Part shown: positions 28,805 to 38,320 of the stretch, one piece after another
Position numbering within the stretch: position 1 is the first letter of the stretch
Layout: every line of letters starts with the position of its first letter
Assembly: GCA_964616755.1 (NCBI GenBank)
Contig: CAZTSI010000012.1
Span: forward strand, 9,428-73,427
Direction: 5' to 3'
Origin: an uncultured Saprospiraceae bacterium
GTDB lineage: Bacteria > Bacteroidota > Bacteroidia > Chitinophagales > Saprospiraceae
Length of the DNA stretch: 64,000 bases
Program-made: the position numbers and the translations under genes
The notes under the pieces: model-generated
What the model was told of the DNA's origin: nothing
The model's database searches: none
Seen by the model: only the letters and a program-made list of their open reading frames with translations

Positions 28805-29246
28805 TTCCTGTCTTTTTAATAGTCACAATTTTACATTTTTTTAGCCCCACTCCCTCCGGTTCGTTTGTGGGTTGAAATAGAATTCCATTCAGTCCAACAG
28901 ATCATGTCAGTTCAATGGTTTTGGCCGTTCTTGAAAGAGCAAAATATATTGAAGATTCAAAAAACAAAGGGACAAATAATGTATTTTCCTTTGATATAAG
29001 CATTGGCACTAACAGTGGACCCATAGTGGCGGGTGTTGTGGGAACAAATAAATTCGCCTAAGACATTTGGGGCAAAACTGGCAATATAGCTCCTAGAATG
29101 CAATCCAACTCAGAAATAGGCAAAATAAATATCTCATCAAATACGCATGAACTAATCAAAAACGAATCTAATCGACCCTACGTGGGGTAATTCATATGAA
29201 AGACAAAGGATTCAGGCAAATGTACTTCGTCGATTCAGTGAAGTAG
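28805..29246 (+). pseudogene. remnant of a class III adenylate/guanylate cyclase catalytic domain
   Basis: Translation gives ...FSFDISIGTNSGPIVAGVVGTNKFA*DIWGKTGNIAPRMQSNSEIGKINISSNTHELIK... This matches the cyclase consensus (GxHxGPVVAGVVGxxKFxYDIWGDTVNxASRMES...INIS). There is a TAA at 29059 in place of the conserved Tyr. A frameshift precedes ...HMKDKGFRQMYFVDSVK*. The N-terminal half is missing or deleted. Confidence 0.65.
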
Positions 29247-29284
29247 TAAAATAAGCTATGGTGACCGAAATAATGAAATACCGC

Positions 29285-29563
29285 CTAGATAATAGTAGAA
29301 ATCTCTTGTTGCAACTGTGCATCGATATCAATCGAGTCTTCAGTTCCAAATTTCTTCCTATTCCGATACCATACTATACCTATAGTGCCAACTACAAAAT
29401 AAGGTATTAAAAGAATATATAGAATACCTGTATTCAATCCGGTGCCCGCCGTACCACCATTTTCAAGATTAGACTGAGCGGCGATTTTACACATAGGACA
29501 TTGAGCCGCCAAACAAACGACGATTAGCAAAAAAAGAGTGGTCAACAGTAATCGCATCTTCAT
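29285..29563 (-). CDS. small membrane protein with CPMC motif (last gene of the oxidase operon)
   Basis: MKMRLLLTTLFLLIVVCLAAQCPMCK... reads as a signal or anchor followed by CxxC. It has a Gly-rich segment, one TM helix and a basic tail WYRNRKKF. I chose the ATG at 29563 over the track start. Confidence 0.5.
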   Translation of the reverse strand: MKMRLLLTTLFLLIVVCLAAQCPMCKIAAQSNLENGGTAGTGLNTGILYILLIPYFVVGTIGIVWYRNRKKFGTEDSIDIDAQLQQEISTII

Positions 29564-29650
29564 AATTATAGCAAAGTAAGGTATTCCAAAATAATTTCTC
29601 AAGCCCGTAGATATTTTTGTCAATTCTGCACGCATGTTTTAGTTCACTTC

Positions 29651-30196
29651 TCAATTAAAACTATAGCAGGGACTTAGCATGATATACAAAACGGGGCCGG
29701 TAATCGCCACATAAAGCCAAAGCGGAAATACCCAACGCGCCATTTGAACATGTTTCACAAATTGATTTGTATATGCTCTTATGTAGGTGAAAAGGATGAA
29801 CGGTAAAATAACCGCGGCCAGCACTACGTGAGTGATCAGGATAAAGAAATAAATATATCTTATCATACCTTCTTGGCAGAACTTCGTTTCGTCTGTCGTA
29901 ATATGATACACTACATAAGAAGTCAAAAAAAGAACCGACATGACCATCGCCGTAAACATTATCCGACGGTGTAGCATAGCGTTCTTGCGCTTAATGGCAA
30001 GCAAAGCCCCTATCAGCAATACAGCAGTTATACCGTTCAAGGTGGCATGAAAGGGGGGCAAGAAACTAAAATCGATATCAGTAGGAATCTTAATCTGCCG
30101 CATCAAAACAACTAATGCGAACACCATTATACTGATAATCCACGCAATACGATTCAACTTCGTAGCAAGCGTTAGGTTTTCCTTTACTACATTCAT
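29651..30196 (-). CDS. DUF420-family membrane protein (oxidase-associated, CtaM-like)
   Basis: 181 aa with 4-5 TM helices. HATLNGITAVLL and ITHVVLAAV motifs. Its position next to cox genes is typical of DUF420. Confidence 0.7.
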   Translation of the reverse strand: MNVVKENLTLATKLNRIAWIISIMVFALVVLMRQIKIPTDIDFSFLPPFHATLNGITAVLLIGALLAIKRKNAMLHRRIMFTAMVMSVLFLTSYVVYHITTDETKFCQEGMIRYIYFFILITHVVLAAVILPFILFTYIRAYTNQFVKHVQMARWVFPLWLYVAITGPVLYIMLSPCYSFN

Positions 30197-30214
30197 ATCA
30201 AAAATTTTCTGCTA

Positions 30215-30745
30215 TTAATTTGTCAAAACATCCCGCTTCAACTCAATGGTCTTGCGCTTCTGCATTGGAATTACCACAGAAAGGTGTCTGATCATCTCGT
30301 CATCTATACCCGCGTGTAAAGTATAATCTTGTCTTAATCGGCCAAAGGTATCAATCAGATAAAAATCCTTATCTAGCAACTTAACAAATGGCAACGCATC
30401 ATCATTTATATTAACTTGATGTATTCCTTCAAATACATCTTTGGGCGCAAAGGAAATAATTTCAAAAAACTCTCTGTCGACTATTCTGTCATCGATTTTG
30501 CGCAGAAGAGTCAACTCAGCATTTACATCATTACCAGGAACATGAACCAACTTTACTTTGTGCGAACTTTCTCGAAGATGATCTATAAGCTGCACGACGG
30601 CTGTGTTTTTATCTTTAGGCAGCAATTGCTCGACAGATTCCATCCGATAGTTAAAACCGTACTTTAAAAAAAGAAAGGAAACTATCGGTGCAACGACCAA
30701 AATAAAAACAACCGCCAAGGATTTTACTATTGTCCATAGTTTCAT
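30215..30745 (-). CDS. membrane-anchored SCO/SenC-like protein lacking the CxxxC copper site
   Basis: N-terminal TM anchor. It sits in the operon position where an SCO family protein is usual. The C-terminal FYLIDTFGRLRQDY resembles SCO's ...LVDxxGxIRxxY. The whole 176-aa protein contains no Cys. Confidence 0.45.
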   Translation of the reverse strand: MKLWTIVKSLAVVFILVVAPIVSFLFLKYGFNYRMESVEQLLPKDKNTAVVQLIDHLRESSHKVKLVHVPGNDVNAELTLLRKIDDRIVDREFFEIISFAPKDVFEGIHQVNINDDALPFVKLLDKDFYLIDTFGRLRQDYTLHAGIDDEMIRHLSVVIPMQKRKTIELKRDVLTN

Positions 30746-30818
30746 AGTACTTCTAACTTACTTCCATTAACAAGAAACCTTGTCAAATGTTGGCTGTCGA
30801 ATGGACTTATATGATCAC

Positions 30819-31220
30819 CTAGATGAAAAAGATATTTTCGGTTTCATATCTCTCGATAGAACCAATAAGACGTTCTTCGGCATTTTTGTCAGAAATTAAT
30901 GACCGTCTCTTTCCCCAGTCATTTCCTTCGTACAAAAATGCAATGATCGCCCAAACTAATAAAAAAACAGGGAGCAACACCGACTTAAGTAAGCCTGGCA
31001 CTTCATATTTTAAATGCATAAATTCATAGACGATGAAATAAGCTTTGACTAAACTCATGATAATCATTACCCCACCCATGGCCATAACAGGAAAGTGTAA
31101 ACCTTCTATAATATATCCTTTGCCTAACAAAGCAAAAACTACTTCAGCTATAGTTATGATACCAAGTAAAATGATTGTTTTAAAAACAATTTTCTTTGAT
31201 GCTGCGTAATCTAATCCCAT
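30819..31220 (-). CDS. cytochrome c oxidase subunit IV-family small membrane protein
   Basis: 133 aa with 3-4 TM helices. It lies directly after the subunit III genes, as in prokaryotic CoxIV/QoxD-like proteins. Confidence 0.6.
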   Translation of the reverse strand: MGLDYAASKKIVFKTIILLGIITIAEVVFALLGKGYIIEGLHFPVMAMGGVMIIMSLVKAYFIVYEFMHLKYEVPGLLKSVLLPVFLLVWAIIAFLYEGNDWGKRRSLISDKNAEERLIGSIERYETENIFFI

Positions 31221-31244
31221 TATATTTTTCTTTTAATATACTAG

Positions 31245-32099
31245 TTAAAGTAAATAAAACACTAAGAACACAAATACCCATACAAGGTCAACAAAGTGCC
31301 AATACAATCCTATCTTTTCAACCATCTCATAACCATTTCGTCGCTCCACATATAATCCAGATATAACGTTAGCACAGATAATAATTAAAAATACGACACC
31401 AGACAAAACGTGAAATCCATGAAATCCTGTGATGAAAAAGAATAGTGCGCCAAAAGCCTTTGGTCCAAAGCTCATTTCTTTCGTCATCCCGGCATTTTCG
31501 CCTTCAGTTACTTTATATCGTAGCGGATGCCACTCACCATCATGTTGATGAATAAGATATGAAGTACCAGGTGCAAAGACATCGCCTTCTTTAATGTCAT
31601 GTCCATCGCCTTCTAAATATACACCATGCTCTACATGCGTACCAAATGGGTTTGTATGATAGGACATATGTTCTTTACCAATCAACGTATTCCACTCCCA
31701 TGCCTGACATCCAAGGAAGCCTAACCCACCTACAATGGTCAAAACCATCCAAAATACAACGCCATTTTTGTTTTCTCGATGCCCCTCCTGTACACCACGA
31801 ACCATGGTGTAAGAGCTGAATAATAACACGAAAGTCATGAAAGTGACAAAAAATAGTGGCTTATGATGAATATCAAATGGCAACGTGCTAAATACAAAGT
31901 CAGGCACTGGCCATGAAGGGCTACTGACCCTAAGAGCTCCATAAGCTATCAAAAAGCCGGCAAATGTGAAGGCATCCGAAAGCAAGAAATACCACATCAT
32001 TAATTTGCCATAACTAGCCTTGAAGGGCTCTGACGCACCATCCCAAGAAGCTTCTTGCGTATGATGAGAATCCGTTTTTGCTACAGTATCAACCGCCAT
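31245..32099 (-). CDS. cytochrome c oxidase subunit III
   Basis: FFFITGFHGFHVLSGVVFL and YWHFVDLVWVFVF motifs. It carries a soluble insertion of about 70 aa (HTNPFGTHVEHGVYLEGDGHD...). Confidence 0.88.
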   Translation of the reverse strand: MAVDTVAKTDSHHTQEASWDGASEPFKASYGKLMMWYFLLSDAFTFAGFLIAYGALRVSSPSWPVPDFVFSTLPFDIHHKPLFFVTFMTFVLLFSSYTMVRGVQEGHRENKNGVVFWMVLTIVGGLGFLGCQAWEWNTLIGKEHMSYHTNPFGTHVEHGVYLEGDGHDIKEGDVFAPGTSYLIHQHDGEWHPLRYKVTEGENAGMTKEMSFGPKAFGALFFFITGFHGFHVLSGVVFLIIICANVISGLYVERRNGYEMVEKIGLYWHFVDLVWVFVFLVFYLL

Positions 32100-32102
32100 T
32101 TT

Positions 32103-32681
32103 CTATCTACTTATATATAAAAATAATAATAAATACACCCATAACAAATCGACGAAATGCCAATAATGAAGTGTCAATTCAAAATTTATCTTACGCCTAT
32201 GAGTAATCTTACCTTTTATCAAAACACTGCCTATTATGGCAATGATCATAGCAATCAGACCACCGACCACATGAAGTACATGAAGCCCACTTATAACATA
32301 CAGAAATCCTCCTGACGGATTACCTTTTAGGTCAATACCTACATTGTACAATTGCATCCAACCTTGATACTGCAACATAATAAATGCTATACCAAGTATA
32401 AAACTCAGCCAAAGCATGTAGCGATAATTTCTATCTTCTTTAACAAAAGACTTAAAGGAGAAGTGAAGGGTAACACTACTGATCAACAATACTACTGTAC
32501 TTATAAAAAAAATACTAGGCAATTTGAACTCTAACCAATCACCTGCCGCCTGCCTTACTAAATATGCACTCGTAAAGGCGCCAAACATCATGATTATACT
32601 ACCCATGCCTATCCATAGGCCGAACTTAAGAGGATGTATTCTATTATTGCGATTGATATAACTTGCTGTTACTACACTCAT
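32103..32681 (-). CDS. cytochrome oxidase subunit III-family protein (short form)
   Basis: ISGLHVLHVVGGLI and HYWHFVDLLWVYLL motifs. 192 aa. Confidence 0.8.
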   Translation of the reverse strand: MSVVTASYINRNNRIHPLKFGLWIGMGSIIMMFGAFTSAYLVRQAAGDWLEFKLPSIFFISTVVLLISSVTLHFSFKSFVKEDRNYRYMLWLSFILGIAFIMLQYQGWMQLYNVGIDLKGNPSGGFLYVISGLHVLHVVGGLIAMIIAIIGSVLIKGKITHRRKINFELTLHYWHFVDLLWVYLLLFLYISR

Positions 32682-33586
32682 ACGAAGAGGTTTTGAATGA
32701 GCAAAGAAATCATAACGAATGGTATATATATTAACGAGGCAAACATAAGACGCTTAGCCGTCGATAAGTCAAATTTTCGTAAAAATTGAAATGCGTATTT
32801 CGCAAAAATGACATTGGCTACCATGATAACTACAAATGTCAACATGGATAACATATTTAGATAAAACATACCTAAAGTAAGCAACATTAAAAAAGCACAA
32901 TACACCAAGCCACTCACCGCGATACTTCGGCATGGAGTATCACCGTCATTAGGTATAAATGCAAAATCAGCCTTTTCATAATCTCGATAACCCAAAAATC
33001 CTATGGCCCAAAAATGCGGAAACTGCCATGCAAATTGAATACCAAACAAGCATAACGCTAAGAAGGTCACACCACCTGACCAAGCCACTGAACCTATCAA
33101 TAAAGGCATCGCGCCAGCTAACGCGCCGATCGTTACAGCTACTGAGCTATATCGTTTTAGCGGAGTGTACACAAAGCCATATAAGACAAAGGATAACATG
33201 CCGAAAAAAGCACTCAACGGATTAATCATGCTCAGTAAGGTGATACCCAACATACACATAAACCCTGCGAACATCACCGCATGTGAAGTAGATAATCTAC
33301 CCGTGACTAAAGGTCGTGTTGATGTACGCGTCATCATACCGTCATATTCTCTTTCTAATATTTGATTGATTGCGTTAGACGCTGCCGTTATCGCAAAACC
33401 ACCGACACCCAATAGTAACAAGGTAACCATATGTGCGGATGTACCGGCATTGATAACATACGCAGCCAAGGCTGTAAATACGACCATGGTACTCAGTCGC
33501 ATTTTGACCAACTGCAGGTACGCCTTCAATAAACTAGTTGAATATACCTCTACTTCCTCAATATGTCTTGTTCGTGCTATTGACAT
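32678..33586 (-). CDS. cyoE: protoheme IX farnesyltransferase (heme O synthase)
   Basis: UbiA-fold prenyltransferase embedded in the cox cluster. NQILEREYDGMMTRTSTRPL (NxxxDxxxD-type motif). 4-nt overlap with the downstream gene. Confidence 0.9.
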   Translation of the reverse strand: MSIARTRHIEEVEVYSTSLLKAYLQLVKMRLSTMVVFTALAAYVINAGTSAHMVTLLLLGVGGFAITAASNAINQILEREYDGMMTRTSTRPLVTGRLSTSHAVMFAGFMCMLGITLLSMINPLSAFFGMLSFVLYGFVYTPLKRYSSVAVTIGALAGAMPLLIGSVAWSGGVTFLALCLFGIQFAWQFPHFWAIGFLGYRDYEKADFAFIPNDGDTPCRSIAVSGLVYCAFLMLLTLGMFYLNMLSMLTFVVIMVANVIFAKYAFQFLRKFDLSTAKRLMFASLIYIPFVMISLLIQNLFV

Positions 33587-33587
33587 T

Positions 33588-35441
33588 TTAATGTGTGGCT
33601 TCTTCTTCCTTCTCCTTTTCTGACAACGGTATATGTTGAGGAATAAAATCTATACCATCTTTTCCATAATCATACGCCCATCTATGAACTGTCGGTAAGT
33701 TTCCTTCCCAATTACCATGTCCCGCAATAATAGGAGTAGTCCATTCTAAGGTATTGGCCAACCAAGGATTTTTTGTAGTTTGTTTCTTACCGTTGTTCAT
33801 ACTCCAGAAGAAATTGACCACAAAGAGCACTTGTGCTGCAAAAACTACGATTGCCGCTACTGTAATAAACTCATTTAACGTTGTAAACTGATTGAATGCT
33901 TCAAATCCCTTAAAGCTATAATATCTTCTTGGTACGCCCGCCATACCAATATAATGCATCGGCCAGAAAATAGCATAAGCGCCGATCATTGTCAGCCAAA
34001 AATGTATTTTCCCCACTGTCTCGTTCATAAAACGACCGAACATTTTAGGATACCAATGATACACCCCTGCAAACATCCCAAAGAACGCCGCAACACCCAT
34101 TACAATATGAAAGTGAGCAACGACGAAGTAGGTATCATGCATCTGTATGTCTATAGCAGAATTACCCAAAAATATTCCCGTAAGTCCACCGGATATAAAC
34201 ATGGATACAAAACCAATGGCAAACAACATCGGAGTATTTAAGCGAATATTACCGCCATATAGAGTCGTAATCCAATTGAATACTTTTACTGCTGATGGTA
34301 CTGCAATGATCAGAGTGAAGACTACAAAGAAATTAGACAGGAAAGGATTTACCCCAGACATGAACATATGGTGAGCCCAAACAATAAAGGATAAAAATCC
34401 AATTGCCAACATAGAATACACCATCGCCTTATAGCCAAAAATAGGCTTTCGAGCATGTACCGCTAGCACTTCTGAGGAAATACCCATCGCTGGTAAAATA
34501 ATAATATATACCTCTGGATGACCTAAAAACCAAAACAAGTGCTGGTATAAAATTGGGCTGCCACCTACATAATCTAACGCCTGCCCATTTACAAAAATCT
34601 CGTTTAAGTAAAAAGATGTGCCCAAACCTCTATCAAACATCAATAAGAAAAAGCCCGAAACAAGCACTGGAAAAGAAAGTATTCCTAAGATAGCCGTGAT
34701 TAAAAATGCCCATATCGTCAAAGGCATTCTCCACATACTCATTCCTTTAGTTCGGAGATTTAAGACAGTGGTTACATAATTGATACCCCCTAGAAGTACA
34801 GAAACCACAAAGAACGTCAAACTCACTAACCATAAAGTCATACCCGCCCCGGAGCCCGAAGAGGCCTGCGGCAAAGCACTCAAAGGTGGATAGGCCGTCC
34901 ACCCCCCACTAAAAGGACCTGTACTTAAGAAAAGGGAATAAAACATCACCACCCCCGCTAAGAAAAAGAACCAATAAGAAAGCATATTTAAAAATGGCGA
35001 AGCCATATCTCTTGCCCCCAATTGTAATGGAATAAGTAAATTGCTAAAGGTGCCACTCAACCCTGCTGTTAATACAAAGAAAACAATAATGGTACCGTGC
35101 ATTGTGACTAATGCATAGTAGAACTCTTGGCTCAATTTACCAATTCCGGTGGCACCATCGACTTCAATCCACCGCCCTAATACCGGCTTTAACCAAGCCA
35201 TACTTTCTTCAGGAAAACCTAACTGTAATCTGAATACGATAGACATCGCCGCGCCAATCAATGCCCAGATCATTCCTGTAATCAAGAATTGACGTGCAAT
35301 GATCTTGTGATCCATGCTAAAAATATACTTGAAGATAAAGTTCGATTTGTACTTATCTTCATGATGGTGCTCATGAAAATGATCGTTATACCCTTGCTCG
35401 GCAATCAAAATTTCATCTGCATCTTTTAATTGTTGTGCCAT
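33588..35441 (-). CDS. ctaD: cytochrome c oxidase subunit I
   Basis: GHPEVYIIILPAMG (His-Tyr site), WAHHMF, and HDTYFVVAHFH heme ligands. 617 aa. Confidence 0.97.
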   Translation of the reverse strand: MAQQLKDADEILIAEQGYNDHFHEHHHEDKYKSNFIFKYIFSMDHKIIARQFLITGMIWALIGAAMSIVFRLQLGFPEESMAWLKPVLGRWIEVDGATGIGKLSQEFYYALVTMHGTIIVFFVLTAGLSGTFSNLLIPLQLGARDMASPFLNMLSYWFFFLAGVVMFYSLFLSTGPFSGGWTAYPPLSALPQASSGSGAGMTLWLVSLTFFVVSVLLGGINYVTTVLNLRTKGMSMWRMPLTIWAFLITAILGILSFPVLVSGFFLLMFDRGLGTSFYLNEIFVNGQALDYVGGSPILYQHLFWFLGHPEVYIIILPAMGISSEVLAVHARKPIFGYKAMVYSMLAIGFLSFIVWAHHMFMSGVNPFLSNFFVVFTLIIAVPSAVKVFNWITTLYGGNIRLNTPMLFAIGFVSMFISGGLTGIFLGNSAIDIQMHDTYFVVAHFHIVMGVAAFFGMFAGVYHWYPKMFGRFMNETVGKIHFWLTMIGAYAIFWPMHYIGMAGVPRRYYSFKGFEAFNQFTTLNEFITVAAIVVFAAQVLFVVNFFWSMNNGKKQTTKNPWLANTLEWTTPIIAGHGNWEGNLPTVHRWAYDYGKDGIDFIPQHIPLSEKEKEEEATH

Positions 35442-35452
35442 TTCTTTATATA

Positions 35453-36955
35453 TTAAATATTAGACGAGGTAATACGCATCTCAATTCTTCTGTTGGCTTG
35501 TCTGCCTTTATCCGTATTATTATCAGCGACAGGACGATTTTGTCCATACCCTATCGCACTTAATTTCGATTGATTAACGCCTTTAGATACTATGTACTCC
35601 ACTACGCTTTTCGCTCGTGCTTCGGATAATAGTTGATTAGAAGTATTTTCACCTGTATTATCCGTATGTCCTGATATTTCAATAGACACATCATAATCAT
35701 TTAATATGTTGACCAGATTATCTAGTTCATATACCGATTGATCGTTTAAGGCTGCGCTGCCTGTTTCAAAAAATAGATTCTTCAAATTTATAGCAACCGA
35801 ACTTGGATCGTCTTGAATGACAGCTGACTCAAAGTCCGTCAAAAGCTCCTTTGATCTCGCTTGAATTTCATAATCCAGTAATTTTCCAATAAACGGATCA
35901 CTATCTGTATTGCGAATATTTTGAACGTAGAAAGATGTTTGTTGATTAAACCAGTCATTATATTCATCTTCAGAAACAATTCTCACAACCCTTTTCATAC
36001 TCCAATGACCTATACCACATAACTCTGCACAAGCTAATTCATATTCAAACTGCTCCCAACGCTGAGGTCCAGTTGGATCAGCAGGATCAGCAGGTACTTG
36101 CCATTCGGGATACTTGCTCAATTCTTCTCTATACTCTGCCGTTGTTTTTATAGGGGTAAAAATAAAATAAGTAGGCAGACCAGGAATGGCATCCATCTTG
36201 ACCCTGAAATGAGGCAAATAGAAGTTATGCAATACATCTCTTGCTGTTATTCGCACACGTATCTGTTTATTGACAGGTAAGACTAATTCCGACGCATGAA
36301 AATCATCAATATTCTTGGTGTCCGTCCAATCTTGTCCGAGTGGGTTAGTTGCAAGATCAATGAGCCTAAAATTTCTTGTTCCCAACTGCTGGTCTTGTCC
36401 AGGATACCTTAAATCCCAAGCAAACTGATAACCTGTGGCTTCTACTTCGATAAATTCATCATCTGGCCCAACATCTGGCATTACATCATTCCAAACAATC
36501 AATCCTTGAGTTACAAGAACCATCATCACTACAAAAGGAATGCCGGTCCAGACCATCTCTAAAGTATTGTTGTGCGAAAGAAATACGCTCTTATTCCCTT
36601 TTCTTCGACGATATTTGTACGCGAACCAAAACAGTGCAATGTGTGTAACAATAAACACAATCCCTGTAAAAAATAATGTCGTGTTAAACAATCCATCTAT
36701 TTGTCCTCCATGCTCAGATGCCGATTTGTGTGGCCCGTAGCCCAACATTACATCTTTATAATACCACGCAGAAAGAACACAGAACACCAAGAACACTACC
36801 ATGAAAACCACTAACCATATTCCCTGTGATTCATCGCTTCTATAGGCTGACTCTTCTTCGCCTCTTATTTCAGAAGCTAATTCAGAAACTTTTCCTATCT
36901 GTACGACTATTATACCGATTAGAAGAATAATACCAATAATGATTAATCCTATCAT
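35453..36955 (-). CDS. cytochrome c oxidase subunit II (CuA) fused to a C-terminal OmpA-like domain
   Basis: Four N-terminal TM helices. CuA ligands VLHNFYLPHF and CAELCGIGHWSM. No CxxCH motif. The last ~112 aa (FETGSAAL...ISGHTDNTGENTSNQLLSEARAKSV...GYGQNRPVADN...NRRIEMRI) match the OmpA_C peptidoglycan-binding fold signature. Confidence 0.9.
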   Translation of the reverse strand: MIGLIIIGIILLIGIIVVQIGKVSELASEIRGEEESAYRSDESQGIWLVVFMVVFLVFCVLSAWYYKDVMLGYGPHKSASEHGGQIDGLFNTTLFFTGIVFIVTHIALFWFAYKYRRRKGNKSVFLSHNNTLEMVWTGIPFVVMMVLVTQGLIVWNDVMPDVGPDDEFIEVEATGYQFAWDLRYPGQDQQLGTRNFRLIDLATNPLGQDWTDTKNIDDFHASELVLPVNKQIRVRITARDVLHNFYLPHFRVKMDAIPGLPTYFIFTPIKTTAEYREELSKYPEWQVPADPADPTGPQRWEQFEYELACAELCGIGHWSMKRVVRIVSEDEYNDWFNQQTSFYVQNIRNTDSDPFIGKLLDYEIQARSKELLTDFESAVIQDDPSSVAINLKNLFFETGSAALNDQSVYELDNLVNILNDYDVSIEISGHTDNTGENTSNQLLSEARAKSVVEYIVSKGVNQSKLSAIGYGQNRPVADNNTDKGRQANRRIEMRITSSNI

Positions 36956-36967
36956 TTTATTTAATGT

Positions 36968-38263
36968 TTAAACATGATGATGTAAGCTCTCTGACAAGTA
37001 AGGATCGTTCTTAGGAATAAGACTTGCCTTGCTCAAAGCAGAGTAAAACACATACAAAAACAAACACAAAAACCCAATCATTGTTCCAATTTCAATTAAT
37101 CCCGGTAGGCCAAATCCCGCTGCCATCGCATGTCCGGTATGATCACTTGTATGGGCAACATCGCTAACCGTATGGGCATGTTCAGCTGCACCATGATCCG
37201 CTGCATGACCCAATAATTCATGTGCTGTATGAAGAGCACCTGGTTTAATCATCAAAAAGAAGTCTAACCAATGTCCTAAAAAGACAATACTCGCTGTGAC
37301 AATCAATGATCCCACTTTACGCTTGGTATCATTGCGCATTAAGATGAAAAATGGAACTAAGAAGTTGATGATCAAGTTGCCATAAAATAGCACAGGATAA
37401 TCATTTTGACGGGTGTTAAAGTACACTGTTTCTTCACCGTTGTTTGAATACCAGATAAGCATATATTGTGAAAACCATAAGTAAGTCCAAAAGATGCTAA
37501 AAGCAAATAAGAACTTACCCAAATCATGAAAGTGATCCTTGGCAAGGCTCTGATAATAACCCTTTGACTGAAGGTAAAGTAGAATCAATATTGTCATGGC
37601 AATCATCGACACAAACAAGCTAGCTCCTGAATACCAAGCAAACAAGGTACTATACCAATGTGCATCGATTGACATTATCCACTGCCAAAACACCAAACAA
37701 CTTGTAAATCCAGCAATAGGGAGGAATCCTGCCGTCCACCATCTGCTAGTAATGTGGTGATGATAATCATCGGACGTTCCGTCATCTTCACTCAAACTAA
37801 TTTTTCGCAACTTTTGTGCAAAAAAATACCAAATCCCAATGATTACAATAGATACCATGTACCATGGAATATTTAAAAAACTAGATTTATGCTCCAGTAT
37901 TTTGTCTGTTTTAACTGATTCAGCGTCTGCCCAATGATACATATGATGCCAGTGTAAGATTAGACCCAAGCCTATAATAGCCATAAGTCCAAGACCTACA
38001 AGAAGGAACATACTCATAGCCTCCCAAACACGTTTGAATTGAATATGCCAACCTGCCCAAGCGGTATTGCAGACCGCATAAAAGAAAATGGACATGAATC
38101 CTATGCCTGTAAAGAAGACCGAATTATGCAAAAAATTGGTCCAAAAGCGCATATGATGCGCTGTACTGTCAAAAAACCATGACAGAATTAAACACAGAAG
38201 TCCAATTGACATGCCCGCTAGCAATAAAGTTCTTTGGCTGCTCGGTATGGTATATTTTGTCAT
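36968..38263 (-). CDS. actF: alternative complex III subunit ActF-like polytopic membrane protein
   Basis: 431 aa and about 10 TM helices. It is the last gene of the act block, before coxII. The family call rests on position plus membrane architecture. Confidence 0.7.
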   Translation of the reverse strand: MTKYTIPSSQRTLLLAGMSIGLLCLILSWFFDSTAHHMRFWTNFLHNSVFFTGIGFMSIFFYAVCNTAWAGWHIQFKRVWEAMSMFLLVGLGLMAIIGLGLILHWHHMYHWADAESVKTDKILEHKSSFLNIPWYMVSIVIIGIWYFFAQKLRKISLSEDDGTSDDYHHHITSRWWTAGFLPIAGFTSCLVFWQWIMSIDAHWYSTLFAWYSGASLFVSMIAMTILILLYLQSKGYYQSLAKDHFHDLGKFLFAFSIFWTYLWFSQYMLIWYSNNGEETVYFNTRQNDYPVLFYGNLIINFLVPFFILMRNDTKRKVGSLIVTASIVFLGHWLDFFLMIKPGALHTAHELLGHAADHGAAEHAHTVSDVAHTSDHTGHAMAAGFGLPGLIEIGTMIGFLCLFLYVFYSALSKASLIPKNDPYLSESLHHHV

Positions 38264-38320
38264 TTTCTAAAAAATTCTCCTTTCTATTAATAAAAGATAT
38301 GCTTTCAAGGTATCACAACC

